Positions 30,232 through 44,197 of a stretch of 64,000 nt of DNA are shown here, piece by piece. Each line of letters begins with the position of its first letter. The first letter of the stretch is position 1. The position numbers and the translations under genes are program-made. Source of the stretch: Eledone cirrhosa (Eukaryota); NCBI GenBank assembly GCA_964016885.1, contig OZ024756.1:38998001-39062000 (forward strand), in the 5' to 3' direction. Below the pieces are notes generated by a model. The model was not told the DNA's origin. It ran no database searches and saw only the letters and a program-made list of their open reading frames with translations.

Positions 30232-30246
30232 ATATACATAATATAC

Positions 30247-30290
<44 letters not shown>

Positions 30291-30537
30291 TATGTATATA
30301 ATATACATAGACACATATATATTTATACATATACATATATGTATATATATATGTATGTGTGTATATATATTTGAATGTGTGTCTGTGAATGAATGTCAAT
30401 GATTCCGACCATTATTTGTTATTTTCTTTCTTTTTTCCGTCTTTTGTTCCTTGCTGAATAAATTTCTGGACTTATTTTTACAATAAAATCAAAATCATAA
30501 AATGTTATTTTACTCTTGTTTTATTATTTCAAACAAA

Positions 30538-30862
30538 ATAATTGTTTCTACTTTTGGCACAAGACCAGCAATTACCCCAGTGCATTACTGGTACTTTATT
30601 TTATCGACCCCCGTAAGGATGAAAGGCAAAGTTAACCTCGGTGGGATTTGAACTCAGACCGTAAAAGGACGTAACTCTATGTTGAAAAGGATGGCGTCCG
30701 ACCCTCTACCGATACTGCCAGTCCATCGCCCTAGCAAGGCGTCCGACCCTCTACCGATACTACCAATCCACCACCCTAGCATGGTCTCCGACCCTCTACC
30801 GATAATGCCAAACCACCGCCCTAGCATGGCGTCCGACCCTCTACCGATACTGCCAGTCCACC
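30538..30862 (-). mobile_element. SINE with its about 45-bp head repeated four times
   Basis: SINE body followed on + by four copies of ggcgtccgaccctctaccgatactgcca.tccacc.ccctagca. Confidence 0.85.
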
Positions 30863-30933
30863 ATCCTCAAAGGACTTAAATAATGGAAACGTCTTTTGTG
30901 GTTATGAAAACAGAAACGGAAAGGAAAAGGCAA

Positions 30934-31100
30934 GGACGCTAAGGTCACAGAAGAATGGGTGGGGGAAGAGGGAGGGTGGTGGACGCTAGGGTCACAGAAG
31001 AATGGGTGGGGGAAGAGGGAGGGTGGTGGACTCTAGGGTCGCAGAAGAATGGGTGGGGGAAGAGGGAGGGTGGTGGACTCTAGGGTCACAAAAGAATGGG
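30934..31100. repeat. 47-bp G-rich tandem repeat (about 3.5 units)
   Basis: Unit ggacgctagggtcacagaagaatgggtgggggaagagggagggtggt. Confidence 0.85.
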
Positions 31101-31775
31101 TCGGTGATGGGATCTGGGCCTAGGGCGCGGTGGTGTTAGGGCTGCTCACCGCGGACAAGACCGCAAAAGCATTCCCACGGACGATAGCCAGCGACACCCA
31201 CTGCAACAGCCACTCCACCTAGCGGGGTTTCGGCAGTATCGGGTCCAAGGACACCTGACGTCTCGATGGCGACCGGCGCGAAGAGGAATCGACCATAAAA
31301 TTAAAATCCCCCGGTATTTGTTTGTCTTCGTTGTACTTACACAAAAGAAGTCAGTAAAAATAGATTTAATGAAAACATTGATCTGAAGTAAGTAAAATCT
31401 TTGATTCTATTTCGATGAGGTTTCAATCAATAGCACTTCTCTCAATCCTCGACTGTGCAAGGAAATGACATGTACGATTTACTTTACATTTCCGCTGTTT
31501 ACAATGATACATTTTATCTACGTAGGACGTCTATTTATAAAACAAACACCTGCTCTGTCGAAGGTGGACTGCAACACCTGTGACAGAATACAAGCTGTCG
31601 TTACCTCAGAAGATAGTTTCCTTTCTTATAGAACGAGATCGAGATGAAACTCAATTACAAGGTTTTCTCAAAACTTTGTAGAAAAGAAAGAAATCTGAAA
31701 ATAATGGTAAATGGAATAAGACATGAAGAAATTTAGAGTTTTCTAAGCCAAGTCCAATGACTAATTTCGTAAAAT

Positions 31776-32111
31776 AATAGTTTCTATTTTTGGCACAAGG
31801 CCAGCAATTACCCACTGCATTACTGGTACTTTATTTTATCGACTCCGTAAGGATAAAAGGAAAAGTTAACCTCGGCGGGATTTGAACTCAGAATGGAAAG
31901 GACTGTAACTCTTTGCTGCAAAGCATGGCGTCTGATCTTCTACCGATACTGCCAATCCACCAATTTCGCAAAATAATTGTTTCTACTTTTGGCACAAGGC
32001 CAGCAATTATCCCAGTGTATTACTGGTACTTTATTTTATCGACCCCGTCAGGATGAAAGGCAAAGTTAACCTCGGCGGGATTTGAACTCAGAATGACAAG
32101 GGCCGTAACTC
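31776..32111 (-). mobile_element. Tandem SINE pair
   Basis: One full and one 5'-truncated copy, separated and flanked by AATTTCG(C/T)AAAATAAT. Confidence 0.88.
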
Positions 32112-33419
32112 AATTTCGCAAAATAATGCTAGTTATATTGATTATCTTAAATTCATTTTTAAAGGCTTCATTAGATAACAGAAGCCAGTTCCTGACTCAT
32201 TTCAGGATCTCTTTGACTATAGCAAGAAGGGAGAAAGTTATCCTTACATATGAGATCTCGTTTGCAGGAGAGTGTTGTATACTAAATATATCCAAAGGCT
32301 AGATGTTGCTGTTAAACCGTTCGAAGGAGCAGCTTCCACGAAATCTCGGCTCTCAAATTTCCCTCAAAAGATTATGGTCAACCAGGGAAGATCGTAAAAG
32401 ACACTTCACTTAGGTATCCCTTAATGTAGCCCCAAAGTGAACGTTTTACCCACATAGCCACGGCTGCAGCTAGATTTAGTTAAATATAAGAGATCTATGA
32501 ACATATATAGATATATTTGATAAAGTATGTGATGGTCCACCGGATCCTCTACTGGTTAGGAGTCAACAAAACCACGTTTATTGAACCTGAGGACCCCCCC
32601 CCCCCCCCAGGAGCGGCCCACACAGGAAGAACAATTATCCCAATGTACTAACCCTATACGCATGAATGAGTGCTCGCAACCGTGCATAGTGTGTGTATAC
32701 TGGGACTGCGTGAATGTACACACTCATGTGAACGCAACGTAATACTAACATCCTAGGTTGGATTTGATAAATGTTCGAGTGTATGCTTAAGAGTATATTT
32801 GTATATACTCTCTTGTATGAGTGCACATGTGTATATAGACATACACGCGCATCCAGAAGTATACAAGTGTGGGTGGGTATATATGTTTGTACTAAGGGAT
32901 TCGCCTAAGCTCCAAAGCCCCAAGCTATTGCTGTGAAGATATATATCACATTCTACTTTTGTCTAGTCTAAACAATAACTTTTCCAAACACCCACTTTAC
33001 TTTTCTTTAAAAATATAACCCACCTATTTTTATGTCTGCCTTATACTTGGATTGGGGAGCCTCTGTTGTATATATATATATATATGCACTTGTGCCTACA
33101 TATATATATATATATATACACCTGTATGGATTTGTATGTGTAGATGTGTGTGTGTCTGATGGGGTAGGTGTGAGTGTATGTACAAGTCAACCAACATAAG
33201 TCTTCTTATTTTTAAAATTTCTAAACTTTCTAAGTATTTGACTCTAACCATTATTTTAAGTATTACCACCTCACATTAATTCCTCAATTTGTATGTGTGG
33301 GTGTGTGTGTGTGTGTGTCTGTGGAGCTGGGTGTGAGTGTATGTGCAAGTCAACCTACATAAGTCTTTTTATTTGTAAATTTTCTAGTATTCTACTCTAA
33401 CCATAATTTTCAATAGTAC

Positions 33420-33840
33420 CACTCATAAATTCCTAAATTTAAGAATGACCTGTAGTATCTATTTCATACTATTAACCTCAATTGAATATATATCTGACCA
33501 GGAATGCTTTTTGTGAAAATCAGTCATATGGAACTATTGTCATCTTGCCTGACGGTTTGAACTTTACAACACCTGCCTCTTTGAGGTCAAATACCAACCC
33601 TACTAACATCTACAAACTGACCAATGAGAATTAAGACTATTCCTGCTGACAACATTAAATTATTCCTAACAAGCTCATATGTCCCAAGGCTCTGATACCA
33701 TCAACACTATAAACACTGGCATATCTAAGAACTGACTAACTGCCTGATGAGCTCATAGCCATTCAATGGCTATCATCGAAATATATATAGCAGTAAATAA
33801 AGGATTATGAGCTCATGCAATTGACTTATGTTTCGTCACT
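33420..33840 (+). mobile_element. Decayed Penelope-like 3' end with hammerhead
   Basis: CCT GAC GGT TTG AAC (PDGLN, 33548-33562) resembles the PxGLN end of PLE GIY-YIG domains. Hammerhead about 180 nt downstream. Ends in (TA)n. Partial inverted copy at 54328-54492. Confidence 0.5.
33739..33794 (+). ncRNA. Minimal type I hammerhead ribozyme motif
   Basis: ACTGC-CTGATGA-gctc ATAGCCATT c AATGGCTAT catc-GAA-ATATATAT-A-GCAGT. Stem I ACTGC/GCAGT, palindromic stem III. Confidence 0.75.
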
Positions 33841-33906
33841 ATATATATATATATATATATATATACGCTCCTTATCGAGCCCTCTTCGGATTTGGTCTTC
33901 GTAATT

Positions 33907-33965
<59 letters not shown>

Positions 33966-34125
33966 GCTGTGTGTGTCAATATTGTGTATGTGTGTGTGTG
34001 TTGTGAGTGTGCATCTGGGTTAGATCGATAGATTAAGTACCAGACTGAAATATGTTCTGGGATCGATGTGATCGACTGAAATAGCAAAAGCCTTGAAGGA
34101 GGTGGATGACCCAGTAAAAAAAATT

Positions 34126-34315
34126 AATTGTTTCTACTTTTGGCACAAGGCCAACAATTACCTAGTACATTACTGGTACTTTATTTTATCGACCCTGTAA
34201 GGATGAAAGGCAAAGTTAACCTCGGCAGGATTTGAACTCAGACCATAAAGGGCCGTAACTCTTTTGCTGCAAAGCATGGCGTCAGACCCTCTACCGATAC
34301 TGCCAATCCACCACC
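34126..34315 (-). mobile_element. tRNA-derived SINE copy
   Basis: Full-length family match. Confidence 0.88.
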
Positions 34316-34889
34316 ATTAAAAAATTCACCACCACCAGTAAAAAAAAATAATAGAACATTTTCAGCAGCAGACTTCATTTCTTTTCCTCGTCTAATCAGT
34401 TCGATTTTACTATGTTTACTTGCGTTCTAATTCTGATATTGTTAGAACTATTGTGGGTTATCCAGATCGTATCCAGATAGGATATTATGTAGGCATGTAA
34501 ATAAGGATAGCAGAGGTTGTCCACGATTTAAAGGAGTCCACCACACAGACCACAAATTTGTAATTTGTGTAGTCATTTTAGACAGGCTTCACAGACAGGA
34601 ACCCGGTTATTGGAACCTGAGCACGTCCTTCCTGGCATGTAAAGCGTACAGAGACGGATTAGTTTATTAATTAAGTGTACATTGACAGGGGCAATCATCA
34701 ACAAATAATGATGGTTCGTTCTGTCAGTGTGAAATACTCTACTACAGGCATGAATACAGAGAGACGAAACTACCCTGCACGTTTTCGTCCAGTGTCCACG
34801 TATTACTGACTTGTAGCTTTATGTCGAACACCTGCTGTCCCGTAGAACGGATCCTGCTATCAGCTGACTCTATCGCGAAGATCGCCTCG

Positions 34890-35110
34890 TCGCTCTCTTT
34901 TAGTTGGGAAGGACAGGCAGGTTTTATCTACCTGGTGGCCACGATAAAAGGGGTCGAGTGGCCGACACATTTGAAAGGGTTGAAGACAAGTACTTTCCTC
35001 TCCAGCGAAGCTGTAATTGACTTTTTCAGGTGTCACCTAAAGAGGTAAATCATAGTGGAGAGGGGGAGGGGAGTTCTGCCTTCCAACGAGTTTGATAAAA
35101 TAAAGGGGAC
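34890..35110 (+). mobile_element. Old Tx1-like ORF2 C-terminal fragment
   Basis: FIYLVATIKGVEWPTHLKGLKTSTFLSSEAVIDFFRCHLKR aligns with FLCVIAMAK..WWTRLKGLRSDTFLAGQQLVLFFKYHFRR at about 13185-13320. Confidence 0.7.
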
Positions 35111-35754
35111 GATAAAATAAAGTACCAGTAATACACTGATGTCGATTTAATCGACATTCCCCACTCCTCAAAATTACTAGCCTTGCACTTAATGTAGAAA
35201 TCATTATTGTTATTTTTGTTGTTGTTGTTGGTATTGTTGTTGTTGCTGTTGTTGCTGCGGTTTTTGTTGCTGTTGTTGTTGTTACTGTTGTTGCTGCTGT
35301 TGTTGTTGTTACTCTTGTTGCTGCTGTTGTTGTTGATGTTGTTTCCTTCTTTGATCTCCCCCCCCCCCACCATTTACCCTCTCTGAAATTCTGATTACAT
35401 TCTTTTGGTTCGGTTTTCACGAGATAATGTTCGTCTTAAGACTACCTTGGTAAAAGAAGTTAAGAAATCAATAAGGAATGAACCTGAAACCATACAGCAA
35501 GCTACCCCAAATATATCGCTGTCTAATCGATACTGCAATACAATATAGCTTAAATGCAGATGCTCCGTTGAAAAGAGTTGGATTCCGTTTTGTCTGATTT
35601 TACTTTTGGCTTTCCAGAAACTGGTACGATAACAATTTTCAATCGATTAACATACACTAATGGGCTAATTTAGGAATAATTCATATCTAACATAAAAAAT
35701 CTATGTATATTTGATATAAAAGAAGATAGTAAAGATTTTGAAGGCCCCTCACCG

Positions 35755-35805
<51 letters not shown>

Positions 35806-35936
35806 GAGGTTATATTTAATTTGTTGGGATTCAACAAGCTTAACCATTTTTATAACTGATATAAAGCACTCAACAGATTAGTGGAGTAAATACACAATAT
35901 ATTAATAAATGGAAACTATATTTATAAAACCATATT

Positions 35937-36002
35937 TATTTTATTATACATATTTCAAGGGAAACCAAGGCAAATTATGGTGCGCTTTCATCAGATAAAA
36001 TA
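35937..36002 (-). ncRNA. Type I hammerhead motif in left arm of the same fold-back element
   Basis: Near-exact reverse complement of 36090-36155. Confidence 0.68.
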
Positions 36003-36089
36003 CAGATTTGTTTTATAAATAAATATTGACATACCCGGAAAAAAGACAACCTTCCGGGTATGTCAATATTTATTTATAAAACAAATCTG

Positions 36090-36155
36090 TATTTTATCTG
36101 ATGAAAGCGCACCATAATTTGCCTTGGTTGCCCTTGAAATATGTATAATAAAATA
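36090..36155 (+). ncRNA. Type I hammerhead motif in right arm of a fold-back element
   Basis: TATTTTAT-CTGATGA-AAGcGCACC..GGTtGCcCTT-GAA-ATATGTAT-A-ATAAAATA. 8-bp stem I. Confidence 0.72.
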
Positions 36156-36195
36156 AATATGGTTTTATAAATATAGTTTCCATTTATTAATATAT

Positions 36196-36310
<115 letters not shown>

Positions 36311-36429
36311 ATAATAATAAATTTGAAGACTAAAATCCAAAGAGGGCTCGATAAGGATAAATATATAGAGCAAATATTTATTAAATATTTATATTTGGGT
36401 GAAAGCAGCGATTCTTTGCTTAAACTTTA

Positions 36430-36463
<34 letters not shown>

Positions 36464-36538
36464 CATATTCCAAATTGAACCCAAACCTTTCAACGAATTA
36501 AGTAAACGTTAATGAGAGGCGGAAGTCGGCGAATTATC

Positions 36539-38450
36539 AGAGTGGTTAGAACGTCAGATAGAATGGTAGAGTGGTTAGAACGTCTGATAGAATGGTAGAG
36601 TGGTTAGAATATCGGATAGAATGGTAGAGTGGTTAGAACATCGAATAGAATGGTAGAGCGGTTAGAACGTCTGATAGAATGGTAGAGTGGTTAGAACGTC
36701 AGATAGAATGGTAGAGTCGTTAGAACATCGGTTAGAATGGTAGAGTGGTTAGAACGTCTGATAGAATGGTAGAGTGGTTAGAACGTCAGATAGAATGATA
36801 GAGTGGTTAGAACGTCAGATAGAATGGTAGAGTGGTTAGAACATCGAATAGAATGGTAGAGCGGTTAGAACGTCAGATAGAATGGTAGAGTGGTTAGAAC
36901 GTCAGATAGAATGGTAGAGTGGTTAGAACATCGAATAGAATGGTAGAGTGGTTAGAACGTCAGATAGAATGGTAGAGCGGTTAGAACGTCTGATAGAATG
37001 GTAGAGTGGTTAGAACGTCTGATAGAATGGTAGAGTGGTTAGAACGTCAGATAGAATGGTAGAGTCGTTAGAACATCGGTTAGAATGGTAGAGTGGTTAG
37101 AACGTCTGATAGAATGGTAGAGTGGTTAGAACGTCAGATAGAATGGTAGAGTGGTTAGAACGTCAGATAGAATGGTAGAGTGGTTAGAACATCGAATAGA
37201 ATGGTAGAGCGGTTAGAACGTCTGATAGAATGGTAGAGTGGTTAGAACGTCAGATAGAATGGTAGAGTGGTTAGAACATCGAATAGAATGGTAGAGTGGT
37301 TAGAACGTCAGATAGAATGGTAGAGTGGTTAGAACGTCAGATAGAATGGTAGAGTGGTTAGAACGTCAGATAGAATGGTAGAGTGGTTAGAACATCGAAT
37401 AGAATGGTAGAGCGGTTAGAACGTCAGATAGAATGGTAGAGCGGTTAGAACGTCTGATAGAATGGTAGAGTGGTTAGAACGTCAGATAGAATGGTAGAGC
37501 GGTTAGAACGTCTGATAGAATGGTAGAGTGGTTAGAACGTTTGATAGAATGGTAGAGCGGTTAGAACGTCTGATAGAATGGTAGAGTGGTTAGAACGTCC
37601 GATAGAATGGTAGAGTCGTTAGAACGTCTGATAGAATGGTAGAGTGGTTAGAACGTCTGATAGAATGGTAGAGCGGTTAGAACGTCTGATAGAATGGTAG
37701 AGTGGTTAGAACGTCAGATAGAATGGTAGAGTGGTTAGAACGTCAGATAGAATGGTAGAGCGGTTAGAACGTCTGATAGAATGGTAGAGTGGTTAGAACG
37801 TCGGATAGAATGGTAGAGTGGTTAGAACGTCGGATAGAATGGTAGAGTGGTTAGAACGTCAGATAGAATGGTAGAGTGGTTAGAACGTCAGATAGAATGG
37901 TAGAGCGGTTAGAACGTCTGATAGAATGGTAGAGTGGTTAGAACGTCTGATAGAATGGTAGAGTGGTTAGAACGTCAGATAGAATGGTAGAGTCGTTAGA
38001 ACATCGGTTAGAATGGTAGAGTGGTTAGAACGTCTGATAGAATGGTAGAGTGGTTAGAACGTCAGATAGAATGGTAGAGTGGTTAGAACGTCAGATAGAA
38101 TGGTAGAGTGGTTAGAACATCGAATAGAATGGTAGAGCGGTTAGAACGTCTGATAGAATGGTAGAGTGGTTAGAACGTCAGATAGAATGGTAGAGTGGTT
38201 AGAACATCGAATAGAATGGTAGAGTGGTTAGAACGTCAGATAGAATGGTAGAGTGGTTAGAACGTCAGATAGAATGGTAGAGTGGTTAGAACGTCAGATA
38301 GAATGGTAGAGTGGTTAGAACATCGAATAGAATGGTAGAGCGGTTAGAACGTCAGATAGAATGGTAGAGCGGTTAGAACGTCTGATAGAATGGTAGAGTG
38401 GTTAGAACGTCAGATAGAATGGTAGAGTGGTTAGAACGTCTGATAGAATG
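36539..38450 (+). repeat. 29-bp minisatellite (about 66 units) derived from SINE A-box head
   Basis: Unit AGAGTGGTTAGAACGTC(A/T)GATAGAATGGT. Continues directly into a SINE B-box and body at 38451-38570. Confidence 0.92.
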
Positions 38451-38684
38451 CTTTATGGTATTCGTTATGGTTCTCTGCTCTCGGAGTTCAAATCCCGCCG
38501 AGGTCAACTTAGCCTTCCATCCTTTCGAGGTCGATAAATAAAAGTACAAGTCTAGTATTGGGATCGATTCTTCTTCTATATCTCCTTCTCATTCTCTCTC
38601 TTCCTTCACTCTCTCTCTCTCACTCACTCTCTCTCTTTCTCTCTCTCTCTCTCACTCACACTCTCTTTCACTCACACACACACA

Positions 38685-38744
<60 letters not shown>

Positions 38745-39254
38745 GTCTCTCTCTCTCTCAGTCTCTCTCTCTCTCACTTTCTATCTTTCTTTGGAAGAAA
38801 TCTGCTATACTCAGGCCTGGAGAGGGATGAGATCCGCCATGTTTAAGATGCCGCGAAAACGCCGTATGTCCACACGGCGCCCCTATGGCCCCTATGACCC
38901 CTATGACCCCTATGACCCCTATGACCCCTATGACCCCTATGACTAGTTACGGGACCATATGTATACATATGTATATAGATATATACATGATGAGAGGTGA
39001 GTAAGTGAGTGAGTGGGGTGTATTGAGAAAGTGAGACAGACAGTTAGTCATCGGGTGATAAGACCGTGGGTAGGATAAATAGATAAAGTGGAGTGAGAAG
39101 ATGGGAAAGAAATGAAGGAAAGAAAGAAATAGAGATGAGGAGAAAGGTAAATATATATATATAAGGAATAAAAGATAAATAATGTGTTATATTAAGAAAG
39201 AGAGAGGGAGGGAGAAAGAGAGAGTGAGAGGGGGTGTGAGAGAGTGAGAGAACG

Positions 39255-39294
<40 letters not shown>

Positions 39295-39328
39295 AGAGAG
39301 AGAGAGAGAGATAAATAGATAGAGAGCG

Positions 39329-39395
<67 letters not shown>

Positions 39396-39396
39396 A

Positions 39397-39430
<34 letters not shown>

Positions 39431-41493
39431 GGGGGGAGTGAGAGAGGGAGAGTGAGGGTGTTAGAAAACTAAACAGAAATAAGTATAGAGAAAAAGAGGA
39501 GTAGTAAATAAATTGGCAGAGAAAAGAGAAGATAAAACAAGAACTGTGATGAACGATGAATCATATAACGAGGGAAGAAGAATGGAGGTAAATATGATAT
39601 TTGTAGAAATAAGATCCAAAGAGAAGCAACAAACTACATCCTCATTGCTTTCTTAACTTTCATTGACACTTCTCTGATTGTCATCGACTTTCTACAGATC
39701 GAACGCTAGCTCGAAAGTACTGACATCTGACAACTGACATCAGCAACGTTGTTTAACTGAAGGACAGAGAAAAAACGGAAATTAACTCCATTACACGAGT
39801 GTTACCTTCTTGGTTGCGTAGAATTATTCGAAGTAGAAAAACCACGTGTGTCTTTCTGAATAGAGTTTTAATTGTAGATATAGAATTGTAAAACTGAATC
39901 AAATCCTCATTCATAGATAATGACCTACTAAAGTGTAGGTTACTCGAGTCGTCATCGATAATGTTGTACACTAAATGAGATCTGTAAAATATTCGATAAT
40001 GTATACAGGTATATCTTGACTTACATCGTTTCCAGTTTCGTCATGTTTCGAAGTTACGACAGTTTTTTTTTTTAATATTATATTATATGGAAAAAAATAA
40101 ACCTCGTGTTATGTCGATTGACTCAACTTACGTCGATCTGTCAAAAATAATTAACCATCGTCAGTCGATCGACTTTCGTCAAATCACCCACCCCAAAGTG
40201 GGTGGGAGATGTCCCCGTCGGACGGAGAGAGTCGACAGGTCTAATATATATGTTACATAACAGCCTCAGATATTTAAATTTGACAGAGAGCTATTCAGTG
40301 AGCGCTAGACCACTGAGTAAAAATAAGAGAACAAGTTTATGCAATATTCTAACCCATAAAAGATTGGTTGAAATGAAGAAAGAAACATGTTTTTCGTGTT
40401 TAGGTTAAATAAGATGAACATTGAACAAAGCTAGATTCGATTTGGTGAAATAGACCGTAAGGAAACAATAATTTCAGGTGTTTATTTTACAGGCTAGTCA
40501 ACGATATATCATATGTACCAAGACGTTTCGGCATATTTGAATAGAAAGTGATTTCAGGGCATACGATCATTGATTAATATAAATATTTTAAATAAGACAA
40601 TTTATTTCAGAAGGTAGCAACACTTGAGCCATTTGAAAAGTAAGATAAATATTTCCTGTAGCTTGATACAAATATTTATTAGAATTCGTTGCTTATTAAA
40701 TGAATCTATTCTGTTTGAGTTACGAAGCTGAGAAAGCAACACAAATATGATAAGAGTTAACAGTTTTCACATTTATAGTTGGAAAAGTGGATTAGGGGAA
40801 ATGATACTTGTTAGCGTGTAAATAAATGTTTGAATTCCAAGTGGAGTGGGATTTAAATGTTAAATAAAGTGTTAACATTCCCGTTTTTCTTTATTTATCG
40901 AACCCTTTATGGGGACATTTATTGTATTGAGAAATCTATAGAAAAGGGCAGTGAAAGATAGTAAAAAGGATTAATCAATGTGGTGTTGATATATCCCAAC
41001 TGGTTAATGTAAATATTGCTGTCGTCTTTAAAATTACATCGTCAAATGTGTTATATATAATTGTGTTATATATAATGTCTTATATATATGTATGAACAGA
41101 TTCAGGACCCCGACGGCTGAGCTCCGGCCGTATCGACAGCTAGATCCGAATTAAAGCACCCGTATTAAAATGGCGGGGATCTGGCCCACTACTAAAGTAG
41201 GAGCTAAAGATCAGATAGGGTGTGGTAAAAACCAGCTAGACCATAACCCACCAGAGTACTCGATACTTGGGGTAATAGAGTGGGTAATAGGAAAAGATTC
41301 AGGACCCCGACGGCTGAGCTTAGATTCCCACCGTTCGGATACTGGCGCTTTAGTTCGGATCTAGCTGTCGATACGGCCGGAGCTCAGCCGTCGGGGTCCG
41401 TCCTGAATCTTTTCATATTATCCATTCTACTACCACAAGTATCGAGTAATCTGGAGGGTTATGGTTTAGCTGGATTTTAACACACCCTATCTG

Positions 41494-41548
<55 letters not shown>

Positions 41549-42183
41549 GTATTGTAATATTGGGAAAGGTACGATACATACACTGAAAACGTGACAAATG
41601 GCGCCATTTACAGTATATCTATCTATCTATCTAGGGTGGGTAAAATTTCCGAGATCCATGGGGACGAGTTCTCTCCAGCGGTCTCTGTCCTTCATCATCG
41701 CCGCCCTGTCTTGCGTCTCTCAGAGACTGTTAGTCTATATATTTATATAAGTGTTATGAGATAAACAGTGGAATGGAATACATAAAACATAAAACCTAGG
41801 GAGGAGAGAAAATAAGTAAACTACAAACAATGGGTTTGATTATCATTGGTTTACAATCATGGTAGATTTACACGTTACGTATTTTTAAACTATGAAAGAT
41901 CTGTTTACCAGAACGAACTTAATGCTGGAGAGAGAGAATTGTTTTTACAACGAGTTCAAGGTAAAATGAAATTAGAGCAGATTAGAAGTAAAATAGAGGG
42001 GGGGGGGCTTCATAAGAAACAAACATTCTGACATTTCATGTTTGTATTTTTGTATTTTTTAAATCTATTTTATTTTAACGTAATGCGTTTATGTGTAAGT
42101 TAGTGTGTATATTTATATGTATGTGTTTGTATATATATATATATATATATATAAATATACATATATATCTGTATACTTATATA

Positions 42184-42307
<124 letters not shown>

Positions 42308-42917
42308 TATATGTATACTTTTATATATATATATATCTGTATACTTATATATATATATCTGTATACTTATATATATATATATATACACACATACAAATAT
42401 ATATATATATGTGTGTGTGAGTGTGTGTGTGTGGGTGTGTGTGTGTATGGGAGGAATAGGTGGCGTAGAAAATACAAAGCAAGTGTAAAGAAGCACTTAA
42501 TGAAAGTAAAAGGAAGGTAGAACGAAAAAACCTTATTTGAAACATGAGCGCAAATTCGTTTCGTTTTGTTTCTTGAGAACCATTAGTATTTTTTCGTAGC
42601 CAAGTGTAAATGAGAAATCTACTGGAGAAATGCCACGTTGTTTAAGCCATGTTGCTAGGCAGTGATATAGAATATGCCAAGACGGACGTAGATATGTGGT
42701 ACCGTATGCCAAATTTTATAGCAGAATGAATAACACGGAACAGGCTTCTAATATGTATTTATTCATTTTATTTACATTGAACTATCGACAGAAAGGGTCG
42801 AGGAATGAATTGGATTATAATTTCTTAAATATATTCTCATTGATTTGAGACAAATATTTCCAATAGTGTTCCGACATACGGACAAAAAAATACTTTGACA
42901 AACATAAAGATATATAT

Positions 42918-43292
42918 AATTGTTTCTACTTTTGGCACAAGGCCAGCAATTACCACAGTACATTACTGGTACTTTATTTTATCGATGAAAGGCAAAGTCA
43001 ACCTCGGCGGGATTTGAACTCAGACCGTAAAGGGACGTAACTAGGTAAATATGCTGGAAAGCATGGCGTCCGACCCTCTACCGATGCTGCCAATCCACCG
43101 ATATATATAATTGTTTCTACTTTTGGCACAAGGCCAGCAATTACCCAGTGCATTACTGGTACTTTATTTTATCGACCCCGTAAGGATGAAAGGCAAAGTC
43201 AACCTCGGCGGGATTTGAACTCAGATCATAGAGGGCCGTAACTCTATGCTGCAAAGCATGGCGCCCGACCCTCTACCGATACTGCCAATCCA
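42918..43292 (-). mobile_element. Tandem SINE pair
   Basis: Two near full-length copies, each preceded on + by GATATATATAATTGTTTCT. Confidence 0.88.
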
Positions 43293-43393
43293 CGACAGAT
43301 AGATACATAGATATACATTTATACTGGCAGATAGACACACATATATACATATATACTGATAGATAGACATATATATACTGTCAGATATACACA

Positions 43394-43496
<103 letters not shown>

Positions 43497-44028
43497 TAAC
43501 AGATACAGACACAGATATATATATATATATATATACATATATACTGATAACGAAGGAATTGTGGTAAGGAACCAGATGGACCACAACGCACCAGAGTACT
43601 CAATACTTAGGGTAGTAGAGTGGGTAATAGGAGAAAGTACGACCCCGACGGCAGAGCTCAAGCCGTTTCGACGGCTATTTCTTAGTCCAGAAATAGCCGT
43701 CGAAACGGCTTGAGCTCTGCCGTCGGGGTCATACTTTCTCCTATATACTGATAGATAGATATAGACATACTGACAGATACACACAAATATACTCATATAT
43801 ATTGATAGACATATATATATATATACTATCATATACACACACATACACAACACACGCATATATATATGAGTTTCAGAAGATCCCGTTAAGGGTGAAAGCA
43901 GCGATTCTTTGCTTAAACTTTAATCTGTTATTTTAATAAATATTTGCTCAACGGTTCTTATATATTTGATATATATATTTATCTTTATCGAGCCCTCTTT
44001 GGATTTTAGTCTTCAAATTTATTATTAT

Positions 44029-44197
<169 letters not shown>

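Noticed and set aside
36539-38450. CRISPR array or tRNA gene cluster
   Set aside because: No spacers and no cloverleaf. Units derive from a SINE head.
38880-38943. PYD repeat ORF
   Set aside because: 9-bp tandem repeat (CCCCTATGA)n with no gene context.
43868-43910. Hammerhead-like CAGAAGA-tCCCgttaaGGGt-GAAAGC (also 7525-7565 on -)
   Set aside because: The core reads CAGAAGA instead of CUGANGA in both copies and there is no UH site. Possibly a dead relic, not called.
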